Shown here: positions 17,563 through 25,092 of the stretch, piece after piece
Position numbering within the stretch: position 1 is the stretch's first letter
Layout of the letters: every line of letters begins with the position of its first letter
Origin: a virus
Lineage: Duplodnaviria > Caudoviricetes
Direction: 5' to 3' (one strand)
IMG/VR virus record: IMGVR_UViG_3300031466_000009
Location: 1 to 38,926 of that record
Length of the DNA stretch: 38,926 nt
The notes under the pieces: generated by a model
What the model was told of the DNA's origin: nothing
What the model saw: only the letters and a program-made list of their open reading frames with translations
The model's database searches: none
Translations under genes and position numbers: made by a program

Positions 17563-17645
17563 CTCCCGATTAGGTTTTTAGGCTGGTAACCCGCCAGCAA
17601 TCGGCTTCCGTTCAGTTTGACCCCGAACCTTTAAAGAGGGCAACA
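17563..17645 (-). ncRNA. Candidate structured cis-regulatory leader of scaffold gene
   Basis: Stems GTTC/GAAC, CCGATT/AATCGG and GCTGG/CCAGC; the last closing stem abuts the GGGAG RBS. Confidence 0.4.
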
Positions 17646-17663
17646 ATATGGGCCCCGGAAGTC

Positions 17664-17936
17664 TCATCCGGAGCCCACAGGTTCGTATTGTGACTCGAAA
17701 TCGGCCTGCTTGATGGCCTCAAGCTTGCCATTTTGATGTTTTACAACATAATCGCCAATATGAGCGACAACCACTTCGAGCGGACCGCGAATTACACGCA
17801 ACTTGATATCGCCGGCCTTATCGTATTCGATTTGAATGGGCAGCCCGACGAAATCAATGATTTCTTGCACCTGATCGGTCGATAAAAACTGGATGGCCTC
17901 GCAGATCGTGCTTCGGCGATATTGCCCGACAGCCAA
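17664..17936 (-). CDS. Conserved hypothetical phage protein
   Basis: YR...EAIQF...A.IGDYVVK...F...YE pattern; GAGGTGA RBS (start 17936 or 17942). Confidence 0.75.
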   Translation of the reverse strand: MAVGQYRRSTICEAIQFLSTDQVQEIIDFVGLPIQIEYDKAGDIKLRVIRGPLEVVVAHIGDYVVKHQNGKLEAIKQADFESQYEPVGSG

Positions 17937-17959
17937 TCGCATCACCTCGCTTTCTGTGC

Positions 17960-17996
17960 AAAACAAAAGCACCCTCGCATACTTGCGGGAGTGCTT
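17960..17996 (-). terminator. Intrinsic terminator after toxin-immunity pair
   Basis: AAGCACTCCCGCA-AGTA-TGCGAGGGTGCTTTTGTTTT on minus strand. Confidence 0.75.
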
Positions 17997-18217
17997 CAAG
18001 TGATTCGTGCCATCATCTTTTGCTGGATCGCTTTCGCCTCATCATCAGTAATGATCTCGTAGTCATTGAATTCGCCGATAAGAATGTCATCAAACTGCCG
18101 AGTCTCTTCCCAGCTCCCATTTCGAAAGATTTCGAATATGCCTTCTTTGAAACGGACGAGCGCGAACGGCGCCGTTTTTGTCATACCATATTTGGTTATT
18201 GCATAATACTGCACCAT
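17996..18217 (-). CDS. Probable immunity protein for the MuF toxin (IapK-like), 73 aa
   Basis: Small gene directly after the MuF toxin with GAGGAGGT RBS; YY...LVRF..G...W......I..EFNDYE.I..DEA pattern; low GC. Confidence 0.7.
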   Translation of the reverse strand: MVQYYAITKYGMTKTAPFALVRFKEGIFEIFRNGSWEETRQFDDILIGEFNDYEIITDDEAKAIQQKMMARIT

Positions 18218-18231
18218 CCGCACCGACCTCC

Positions 18232-19962
18232 TCACCTAATTTTGTCAACACCCGGAGGCTTCCTGATTCCATTAGCCAACTTCATCATTTCTTCCCACAG
18301 TTCCATTTTACGCTTCTTGGAAGTCGTAGACAACCGGTATTCCTCGTAAAGTTCATGCAGCTTGTTTTGTTTGAGATCGAAGCTCTCCGGCGTATGGAAC
18401 TGCAGTTCATATGTGATGCCATCCGGCGATACCAGCACGACGTTAATGCCGTTGTACGGATTCTGCGCGTCTTTCCATGCGTTCTTGACCTTCCGCAGCG
18501 TATGCCCTTCGTTGATCAGCGTCATGATCACCGTCGTGTAAAGGGCAAAATATCGATCCGGGTCTGTCACCGCCGTATAGCGTAGCACGTCATTGATCGA
18601 ACGTGCCACGTCCATCGGCGTCAGGTCCGGATTGATCTTTAAATCATGCTCCAGGTCAGTTGTTATTTTGCGGATGAAAGAATCTTTTGCTTTGATCCGG
18701 AAATCAAGACCGGCCATTTCGCCGCCAGCTTCCTCGACAATCCGCGTCACCGTCGACGTGATCTCGGGTTCATGCACCACGATCGAACGATAGTATTCGT
18801 CGAGATCTTCGCGGGTTTCGTCGACCATCTCGCGCGCCGTGCGTGGTTCCGTGACGCGAACGGCCGGCGGCTCGACCGGTTTCGGCGGTTCCGTGATATT
18901 CGGCTGCGGCTCCGGAGCGCCTTTCGGTTTGCCACCAGCACCGTGTTTCTCTTCCCACTCTCGGTACGTCATATCCCCAGGGACGTAATACGTCTCACCA
19001 TCGTCAGCCCGTGCGGCCCGCTCGCCGGGCTCGGCATCCTCAAAATGCGGGATCGTCGTCGACCGGCAGTAAACGTGCAGCGGTGGGTAATTGACACCGG
19101 CCCGCGCCTCGCTGAGGCGAAACACGCGCCCATCCATATCGCGGCAGATCTCGGACGTCCGGCGGTCGAGCGTCGCCACGAACTTGTAGGTCTCGACTCC
19201 AATCTCCCGGTAGGCGTCGAGCCGGGACTGGCCGGAAAAATACGCCGCCTCTGTCCGGATCAGGCGCTCCGCTGCATGCCGGCTGACGCCCATCCGCTCC
19301 GCGAAGTCCGAGATCACCTTTTCAGCCGGCTCGCCGCGGATCAGATCCTGCGTCAGAATCGTCTGCAGCTCGCTGACCAGCTTGTCGCGGTCCTTCCAGA
19401 TCCGCGCCGAGAAATTCGAGCCGTCGGGCGCCCAGGGCTTCGCAAGCACCTTGTCGATCTGCCTGTCATCGAGCTGCGCGAACGAGGTGCCGACTCCGGT
19501 GCCCTTCTGAATCTCAAACACGCTGCGGTAGTAACTGTCCTTGTAGATGCTGCCGAGTGTGTCCGTCGTGCCCTTGAGCCGGCGCGAAGTCAGGTTCTCG
19601 ATCTCGTTTTGCAGGTGGATCTCCAGCTCACGCAGGCGTGTGATGTGCACCTTCGCGCTCGCGTTCTCAAGCTCCTTGATCCAGCGCTGGTCGACGGCGT
19701 TCTCTCGCCCGCGCTGAATGTACTCCTCGACCGTCCAATGGAACTCCTTCAGCTCGTTCCGATCGAGCAGCTGCCGGGCGGCTGCGATGCTGATGTCATT
19801 GTTTTTTGCGAGCCGGGCGTACCAACGTTCCGTCTTCTCGCGGATCTTCGCCAGCGCCCGTTCATACTCCTCGCGCTGCCGGCGGATGTATTCCTCGCCG
19901 CGGCTCAGCATCGCCTCGTTCAGTTGGTCCATCCGGCGGGCCCAGTATTCTTCCGGCTTCAT
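18232..19962 (-). CDS. MuF (SPP1 gp7-like) minor head protein with C-terminal RelA/SpoT-type alarmone synthetase toxin domain (Apk2-like)
   Basis: MuF motifs (FS.RIW, RLIRTE, ATLD.RTS.IC, PPLH.YCRST); Pro-rich linker; RIK...SFIRK, DVLRY, YNGIN, ELQFHT, H.LYE. Confidence 0.88.
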   Translation of the reverse strand: MKPEEYWARRMDQLNEAMLSRGEEYIRRQREEYERALAKIREKTERWYARLAKNNDISIAAARQLLDRNELKEFHWTVEEYIQRGRENAVDQRWIKELENASAKVHITRLRELEIHLQNEIENLTSRRLKGTTDTLGSIYKDSYYRSVFEIQKGTGVGTSFAQLDDRQIDKVLAKPWAPDGSNFSARIWKDRDKLVSELQTILTQDLIRGEPAEKVISDFAERMGVSRHAAERLIRTEAAYFSGQSRLDAYREIGVETYKFVATLDRRTSEICRDMDGRVFRLSEARAGVNYPPLHVYCRSTTIPHFEDAEPGERAARADDGETYYVPGDMTYREWEEKHGAGGKPKGAPEPQPNITEPPKPVEPPAVRVTEPRTAREMVDETREDLDEYYRSIVVHEPEITSTVTRIVEEAGGEMAGLDFRIKAKDSFIRKITTDLEHDLKINPDLTPMDVARSINDVLRYTAVTDPDRYFALYTTVIMTLINEGHTLRKVKNAWKDAQNPYNGINVVLVSPDGITYELQFHTPESFDLKQNKLHELYEEYRLSTTSKKRKMELWEEMMKLANGIRKPPGVDKIR

Positions 19963-21422
19963 TCGTCGTCACCGCTCGTCTGGTCTGCCTGCTCACCAGG
20001 TGGCAGCCCGCCGTAAGCCTCCGAGCGCTCTTCCCGCTGCTTCTGTATGCGATCCAGCTCCTCCTGCACATCCGTGACCCACGGATGTTGCGCAACGAGC
20101 GTCTCGTCCGAAAGGATACCGGAGCTGTTCCGGATGTTCGTGATCGCGTCGGTCTCGTTGATGAGGATGTCGCGGTTGAAAACGAACTCGACCGGTTCGT
20201 GCATAAAGTCGCCAGCGCCAGTATTGGCCAAATGGATATTCACGAACCACATGAGCTGCTCGAGGCTCGCCTGGAACTCGGTTTCCATGATATTCGCGTC
20301 CATGTCCAGGTCGGCATACAGGAACTTCAGCGCGATGCCGCTCGGACTGTTTCCGAACTTCTCAGACTGCGTGTCCACCCCTCGTCCAAACTCATAGATG
20401 TCCTTGCGCAGCCGGTCCAAATGCTTCTCAGTCGCTTCGGTGTCAATGTCGATGCTGAGCGTATCGACGCCGCCGTCGTCGCCCATTACCTTCACGGCCC
20501 GATATACAGACATATTCCGTCGAAACTCACCCAGGTCTTGTCCGTCGAAGTTTTTGAGCACGTAAATACTGTTCGGCAAGTCCTCCAGGTTGTTCGCATG
20601 GTCAGACGTTCTTGCGTCGTATTCATCCACCAGCGATTTCACGACCCGAATAAGTGGCAGCTCCTCATCGTTGTATTTGAACGCGATGAACGGCACACGC
20701 TCCCAGTTGAGCGGCTGATCTTGTCCAGCAACGACCGCCGTGAAATGGCTGCCTTCCTCGCCTGCCTCCACGTCCGGGATCAGGCCGCCATTGTCAAGCA
20801 CGTAACGGCGAACGCCTGCCGTGTCCCAAAACTCGACTTTGGTGATGATGCGTTTCTGCGTGCCCTCATATGCCTCGATCTCGTAAACCCGGATGGCCGC
20901 ATCCAGCTCCGTATGATCCGCATCTCGCCACAGCGGGATGATCTCCTCAGACGGGATTTTCTTGAACGACAGCTGGCCATCCTCATCGTAATAGACGTGC
21001 AGCCAGGCTTTGCCTTTGTTGACCGCTTCCTTGCCCAGGTTCTTCAACAGACGCAAAAAAGACTTGTCGAAAATCTCGTTCAACAAGTCCAGGTACTTCT
21101 GATTCTCAGTCTGGATGCTGAGCGGCTTCCCGAGCAGATAACCGACCTTCTGGTCGACGAGCTTCCGCACGAACGCATGCACAAGCTTGTTGTTGGCGAG
21201 ATTTTTAACCTCAATCAGTTCGCCATCCTCACCAATCGCCGTGCGCTTCCGCCGCAGGATGTCATGATCACCGACATAATACCGTTGCCCGGTAACCATC
21301 CATCGGCGCTCGTCAGACGTCAGCCAATCGCTGACTTCCTGCTTGATGATGTCTTCCAGCGTCATGGCCGACCTGGCGCCCGCCTCGAGGATTGATGTAA
21401 TGCGTTGCATTTCTGGCGTCAA
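19959..21422 (-). CDS. Portal protein, SPP1 gp6 family
   Basis: YY.G.HDIL, LVDQKVGYLLGKP and GN.PSGIALKFLY..LD motifs; TTG start after GGGAGGTGA. Confidence 0.95.
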   Translation of the reverse strand: MTPEMQRITSILEAGARSAMTLEDIIKQEVSDWLTSDERRWMVTGQRYYVGDHDILRRKRTAIGEDGELIEVKNLANNKLVHAFVRKLVDQKVGYLLGKPLSIQTENQKYLDLLNEIFDKSFLRLLKNLGKEAVNKGKAWLHVYYDEDGQLSFKKIPSEEIIPLWRDADHTELDAAIRVYEIEAYEGTQKRIITKVEFWDTAGVRRYVLDNGGLIPDVEAGEEGSHFTAVVAGQDQPLNWERVPFIAFKYNDEELPLIRVVKSLVDEYDARTSDHANNLEDLPNSIYVLKNFDGQDLGEFRRNMSVYRAVKVMGDDGGVDTLSIDIDTEATEKHLDRLRKDIYEFGRGVDTQSEKFGNSPSGIALKFLYADLDMDANIMETEFQASLEQLMWFVNIHLANTGAGDFMHEPVEFVFNRDILINETDAITNIRNSSGILSDETLVAQHPWVTDVQEELDRIQKQREERSEAYGGLPPGEQADQTSGDDE

Positions 21423-21435
21423 AGGATCACCTCCC

Positions 21436-22674
21436 TCACTTGAAGCTGATGGCCGGGCCGCGGATCTCGCTTTCCAGCGCATACCGGACGGCGTCGATGC
21501 TGTGGTTGTTCTTGTCCGGATATCCTTCCTTCCATCCCCCGTTTTTGTCCGGCTCGAGTTCATACCCCTCGAACTCGCGCGCCGTGTTCGGACAGCGAAC
21601 CGGGTCGATCACGATCTCGTCCAGGTCCTGCAAAAACTTGATTCCGTGCTCCACAGAATCCGGTCCTTTCTTCGCGCCGGTGATGTTCACGCCGAGGTTT
21701 CGCAGTTCCGCGATCGTCCGCGGCTCGGCGCTGTCAGCCGTCACGCGGGCGTTGCTTTTGTTTTCTGTCTTGATGGCATCGGCCAGCGACCGGTTCGACA
21801 TGCCGACCTTGTGGATCTCGTAGAAGATGTACAGGCGGCGTCGCGTGGCGTCGTAGTGCATGACCGCGTAATGCGTCGGGTGCGCTGCGAACCCGAAGTC
21901 AAGCCCGCGCTTGATCCGGTCGAATGCCGCGATCTCCTCGTCGCTGATCCGGCGAATCGTGAGGTTCGTGAACACCTCGCCGCCGGTCCCGACATCCTCG
22001 CCCAGATATTCGTGCCTGTACGCCAGCTCATTCCGCTGGCGCAATGCCTCGGCCTCGATGAAGAATTGTTCGCCGAGCCACTCCCGCGGCACACCCAAAT
22101 AGGTGCTGTGGTGGACATACCAGCCGGCCGGCGGATTGCTCTTGTATTCATGCACCCAGCGCTTGCGGCTTTTGGGTGGATTGTAGGTGTAGAACACCTT
22201 GTACGTCTGCCCACCGCGCAGCAGCGTCTGGTTGATACTGCGGATGTCCTCAATGCCGAACTCGTCCGCCTCTTCGTACCAGACAAACTTAAAATAGCCC
22301 TTGCGCAGCCGCAAGGACTTGATTTTGATCGGGTTATCGGCACCGCGGAAAATGATCCGCTGGCCGGTCGGTTTGTAGACGATTTGCATCGGCGATACCC
22401 GGCAATCAAACAGATGCGCAACGCCGAGCTTGTCGAGCGCCCACTCGAATGACGCATAGACTGATTCGCGCAGCGTGTCCTTGACCTTCCGCAGCGCAAT
22501 TGCGTTCGCATCCGGGTCAGCGATCATGCCCAGAACGATCTCTGTCGGCGTAAACGAGGATTTCGTACTGCCCCGGCCGCCGCCAAGGAGGAAGTGTGTC
22601 GCCGCGTCATCCTTGATTGCGTGATGCACCTCGTAAAAGCTCGGCGCGATCAGGTCTGTCAGCCGTACCTGCAT
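21436..22674 (-). CDS. Terminase large subunit, PBSX family
   Basis: Walker A GGRGSTKS, Walker B WYEEADE, YNPP, GLDFG and NHSIDAVRYA motifs. Confidence 0.96.
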   Translation of the reverse strand: MQVRLTDLIAPSFYEVHHAIKDDAATHFLLGGGRGSTKSSFTPTEIVLGMIADPDANAIALRKVKDTLRESVYASFEWALDKLGVAHLFDCRVSPMQIVYKPTGQRIIFRGADNPIKIKSLRLRKGYFKFVWYEEADEFGIEDIRSINQTLLRGGQTYKVFYTYNPPKSRKRWVHEYKSNPPAGWYVHHSTYLGVPREWLGEQFFIEAEALRQRNELAYRHEYLGEDVGTGGEVFTNLTIRRISDEEIAAFDRIKRGLDFGFAAHPTHYAVMHYDATRRRLYIFYEIHKVGMSNRSLADAIKTENKSNARVTADSAEPRTIAELRNLGVNITGAKKGPDSVEHGIKFLQDLDEIVIDPVRCPNTAREFEGYELEPDKNGGWKEGYPDKNNHSIDAVRYALESEIRGPAISFK

Positions 22675-22697
22675 CTCATCCCTGCCACCTCCGCGCG

Positions 22698-22734
22698 GAC
22701 ATATGTACAAAATTCGGGATTATGTACATATGTC
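22698..22734. repeat. AT-rich inverted repeat between terS and terL
   Basis: GACATATGTACA-N13-TGTACATATGTC with perfect 12-bp arms. Confidence 0.85.
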
Positions 22735-22860
22735 TGAATGCTCGATCTCCAAAATCAGCCGATTTTGACCGTTACGGCCGATTTTGTCCGGCACCGCTCG
22801 GTCACGCTGCCGGCTGATTTCATACACAAAGTGCAAATTGCACGATCTCGCTCCAGCTCG

Positions 22861-23364
22861 TCATTGCTCCGGATTTCGCGGTACGTCGTCGACGATCTGG
22901 ACGGCTCCCTGGACGTCGACCTGCTGCTTGTCGATCCACATACCGAACCGCTTGCCGAGGAGCTCCAAAGCCTTGATCTTGTCCGCAAACCGGACCTCGC
23001 GCTCGATCATCTCCGTCTCCCCGCTCATTGTCTTGACCTTCACGCTGGCGATCGCCGCCCTGTCGTCAGCCGCGGCGTCAGTCAGCAGCTCGGCCGTATC
23101 CATGTCAATGAGTTGTGTCGGATCCAGAAAGGCAATGCGGGCGAGCTCGCGGATGATGCGCTCCTGCGTGACGCCCGTACGCCGCGAATGTTCGGCCATG
23201 CGAGCCTCGATATATGCGCGAATTTTAGTGTTTTTTAGTAACTTGTCTGCATTCGTACCTGCCGATTTCGGACTGTATCCTGCCCTGATTGCCGCCTGAG
23301 TGGCATTGAGATCGATCAGGTACTCGTCGACAAACTTCTGCTGCTTAGGCGTGAGCTTCGCCAT
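22861..23364 (-). CDS. Terminase small subunit (Terminase_2 family)
   Basis: LTPKQQKFVDEYLIDLNATQAAIRAGYS and DKIKALELLGK motifs. Confidence 0.96.
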   Translation of the reverse strand: MAKLTPKQQKFVDEYLIDLNATQAAIRAGYSPKSAGTNADKLLKNTKIRAYIEARMAEHSRRTGVTQERIIRELARIAFLDPTQLIDMDTAELLTDAAADDRAAIASVKVKTMSGETEMIEREVRFADKIKALELLGKRFGMWIDKQQVDVQGAVQIVDDVPRNPEQ

Positions 23365-23401
23365 CCCGCATCACCTCCAAATCCAAAATAAAAAGCACCG
23401 A

Positions 23402-23683
23402 TTATGACGTGAGCAAACTAGGGTTATCGCCTAGCACCATCGCCAAACCAGCGCCTAACTTCCGTACCTGATCCTCATCCAGCTCGATCTTCATAAACTC
23501 ATCGAGACCATGAATGATTTCATGTAGCAATGTTTCTCTTTTATCCTCGGTCGTCATATCTCGATCGATTCGAATTTGACGGTTAAAGAAATCTATCTCG
23601 CCTTTTCTAGGTTCAAACTTATTAACGCATTCTACCTCAAGCACTTCGTAATTTGCATAGCCTATCTTTATTTTTGAAATCAT
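23402..23683 (-). CDS. Small HExxH zincin-like (ImmA/IrrE-like) protein
   Basis: G.ID.....I.I...ETLLHEIIHG..E motif; GGAGG RBS before ATG at 23683. Confidence 0.8.
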   Translation of the reverse strand: MISKIKIGYANYEVLEVECVNKFEPRKGEIDFFNRQIRIDRDMTTEDKRETLLHEIIHGLDEFMKIELDEDQVRKLGAGLAMVLGDNPSLLTS

Positions 23684-23710
23684 GCTCAATCCTCCATACT
23701 TGCCATACTG

Positions 23711-23736
23711 TGAAACTTTTCCTATTTCTTCACGTA
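23711..23736 (+). promoter_or_regulatory. SigW-type ECF promoter
   Basis: Exact TGAAAC-N16-CGTA, 28 nt upstream of the ATG, with GAGGAGGTGA RBS. Confidence 0.75.
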
Positions 23737-23764
23737 TTAGGTTAACTAGAGGAGGTGAAAAGTC

Positions 23765-23947
23765 ATGGTTGAAAGGTATAAACCAGGTCAGAGGCCGCCT
23801 GACTCGGCTCAGTTCAAGGAAGCAGGTCCTAGAGGCGGCATCATCGGAAAAACCGAGATTACTGGTATTGAAGGTAAGCCCCTGCCTCCAACCAGTAAGC
23901 CGGGAAATACTTGGGTACCTGTCGACAAGACTAAGCATAAGAGATAG
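23765..23947 (+). CDS. YjzC-like small protein
   Basis: KPGQ..P.S..F.E.GPRGG...G..LPPT.KPG..W pattern; strong RBS. Confidence 0.75.
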   Translation: MVERYKPGQRPPDSAQFKEAGPRGGIIGKTEITGIEGKPLPPTSKPGNTWVPVDKTKHKR

Positions 23948-23983
23948 TCATCAATGGTCAACTAAACTAAAGGAGGTGCTTCT

Positions 23984-24115
23984 ATGCCTACTACAGGTGA
24001 AAAACCGGGTAAAGGAACGTATTATTGCACAAACTGCGGAACATCTGTAACCTTGGATGATAATACTGATACGTTGCCTCCTTGCCCCAAATGCAACGGT
24101 ACTGATTTCAGATGA
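23984..24115 (+). CDS. Unannotated 43-aa zinc-ribbon protein (MPTTGEKPGKGTYYCTNCGTSVTLDDNTDTLPPCPKCNGTDFR)
   Basis: Hand translation; AAAGGAGGTG RBS; TGE.PG.G.Y.C..C...LPPCPKC motif. Confidence 0.85.
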   Translation: MPTTGEKPGKGTYYCTNCGTSVTLDDNTDTLPPCPKCNGTDFR

Positions 24116-24119
24116 TCTC

Positions 24120-24153
24120 TTAAGGCCTGCTGTATTTAGCAGGCCTTAATTTT
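24120..24153. terminator. Terminator closing the plus-strand two-gene operon
   Basis: TTAAGGCCTGCT-GTATTT-AGCAGGCCTTAA-TTTT. Confidence 0.75.
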
Positions 24154-24228
24154 CCCGGACGCCGCCCCGCACCTATCCGGCTCGGCGGAGGAGGTGAGGG
24201 CCGCAACTCACCCGCGAGGCGGCGGACG

Positions 24229-24260
24229 AAAAAGAACCCTGGCCATTTGGCCGGGGCTCT
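24229..24260 (-). terminator. Intrinsic terminator in late leader
   Basis: AGAGCCCCGGCCA-AA-TGGCCAGGGTTCTTTTT. Confidence 0.7.
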
Positions 24261-24277
24261 GAAATCATCATGCGTTC

Positions 24278-24403
24278 GGGACGCAGCCATGGGCCATGCT
24301 CCCATGGACGGCAGCCATCGTCCAGCCCAAGCCTGTTTGCGCTGCCTCGGCCGGCCTCATTAAGGGCGTGCTTACGCGCGTCTCTCTTCCGCCACTGCGT
24401 CCC
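24278..24403 (-). ncRNA. tRNA-like structured RNA (126 nt)
   Basis: 9-bp closing stem GGGACGCAG/CTGCGTCCC, D-arm-like TGGCGGAAGAGAGACGC, 3' hairpin CCATGGG-N7-CCCATGG in the T-arm position; no canonical anticodon arm or TTC loop. Confidence 0.55.
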
Positions 24404-24410
24404 TAAATGC

Positions 24411-24435
24411 AAAAAGCGCCCCTGAAAAAGGGCGC
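24411..24435 (-). terminator. Intrinsic terminator downstream of xpf-like gene
   Basis: GCGCCC-TTTTTCAG-GGGCGC-TTTTT. Confidence 0.65.
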
Positions 24436-24453
24436 ACGAAGGGTGCTGTATTC

Positions 24454-24485
24454 TGTATGACATCTGCATGACATGTGCATGACAA
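24454..24485. promoter_or_regulatory. Three ATGACA direct repeats at 11-bp period; candidate late promoter/activator site
   Basis: tgtATGACAtctgcATGACAtgtgcATGACA immediately after the xpf-like stop. Confidence 0.55.
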
Positions 24486-24488
24486 GCA

Positions 24489-24938
24489 TCACGAAATGGC
24501 TCGCTGCACCTTGTCCCGCGCACGTTCAACGAATCGCTGAACGCTCGCTCTCGATACCCCCAATCTATCACTGATCTGAGAATAAGTCAACCCATGCGCC
24601 ATATGCAGCAGCCAACACGTCAGCTCGCGCTCCGTCATCACGGCCACGCAGTCGATCAGGCGTTGCCGCTCATCCTCCGTCAACGGCTCGGCACTTGCTA
24701 GCAGCTCCCGGCGCCGGTAGATGTCGCGACGTTCTGCGCCTCTCCGGCTGCCCGGCCGTCGACCGCGGCGCATCCAGTCCAGCGCATACCGCATGTCCGA
24801 CAGCATGCCGGAGACGGTGCGGGCCTCGTCGGCTTCGTCCGGGTTGTCCCGGTTGAGAGATCGGCGGTAGCTGTCCAAGTGGCGGATGCCGTCGCTGTAC
24901 TGGACGATGAGCTCAGCGATCAAGTTACGGTCGGTCAC
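24489..24938 (-). CDS. xpf: Xpf-like sigma-70 region 4 late transcription regulator
   Basis: M.SD.RYALDWM..GRRPG.RR..ERRD.Y and TERE...L....G.TY..I...LGV...SVQ resemble PBSX Xpf; located just before late genes. Confidence 0.8.
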   Translation of the reverse strand: MTDRNLIAELIVQYSDGIRHLDSYRRSLNRDNPDEADEARTVSGMLSDMRYALDWMRRGRRPGSRRGAERRDIYRRRELLASAEPLTEDERQRLIDCVAVMTERELTCWLLHMAHGLTYSQISDRLGVSRASVQRFVERARDKVQRAIS

Positions 24939-25092
24939 GCTTCCGTCCCCTCCCCGTTTGGTTAAACTGCCCCTCAGCTCGCAAGATGTATTCCCGCCCG
25001 GCGACGCGGATCACGGTCGGTACACCTTTCTTGATCTTCAGGTAAGTGACAAGCAGCTTGAACGATTCACCCGGTCTTGCCCGTCCCAACAT
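24925..25092 (-). CDS. Unannotated 55-aa protein (MLGRARPGESFKLLVTYLKIKKGVPTVIRVAGREYILRAEG...)
   Basis: Hand translation; AAAGGGTGA RBS; fills the helicase-xpf gap. Confidence 0.65.
   Translation of the reverse strand: MLGRARPGESFKLLVTYLKIKKGVPTVIRVAGREYILRAEGQFNQTGRGRKRDRP

Noticed and set aside
18236-18255. TTGACA upstream of the immunity gene as an internal sigma-A promoter
   Set aside because: No -10 box at 16-18 bp spacing
18646-21395. Long alternative ORFs (18646-20016 and 19806-21395) over MuF and portal
   Set aside because: Shadow frames of GC-rich genes; no RBS or recognisable motifs
23684-23938. 85-aa N-terminal extension of the HExxH ORF
   Set aside because: Runs antisense across the YjzC-like gene; a good RBS sits at ATG 23683
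24278-24403. Canonical tRNA gene
   Set aside because: Too long, with no 7-nt anticodon loop at the expected place, no TTCRA loop and no CCA; kept only as tRNA-like
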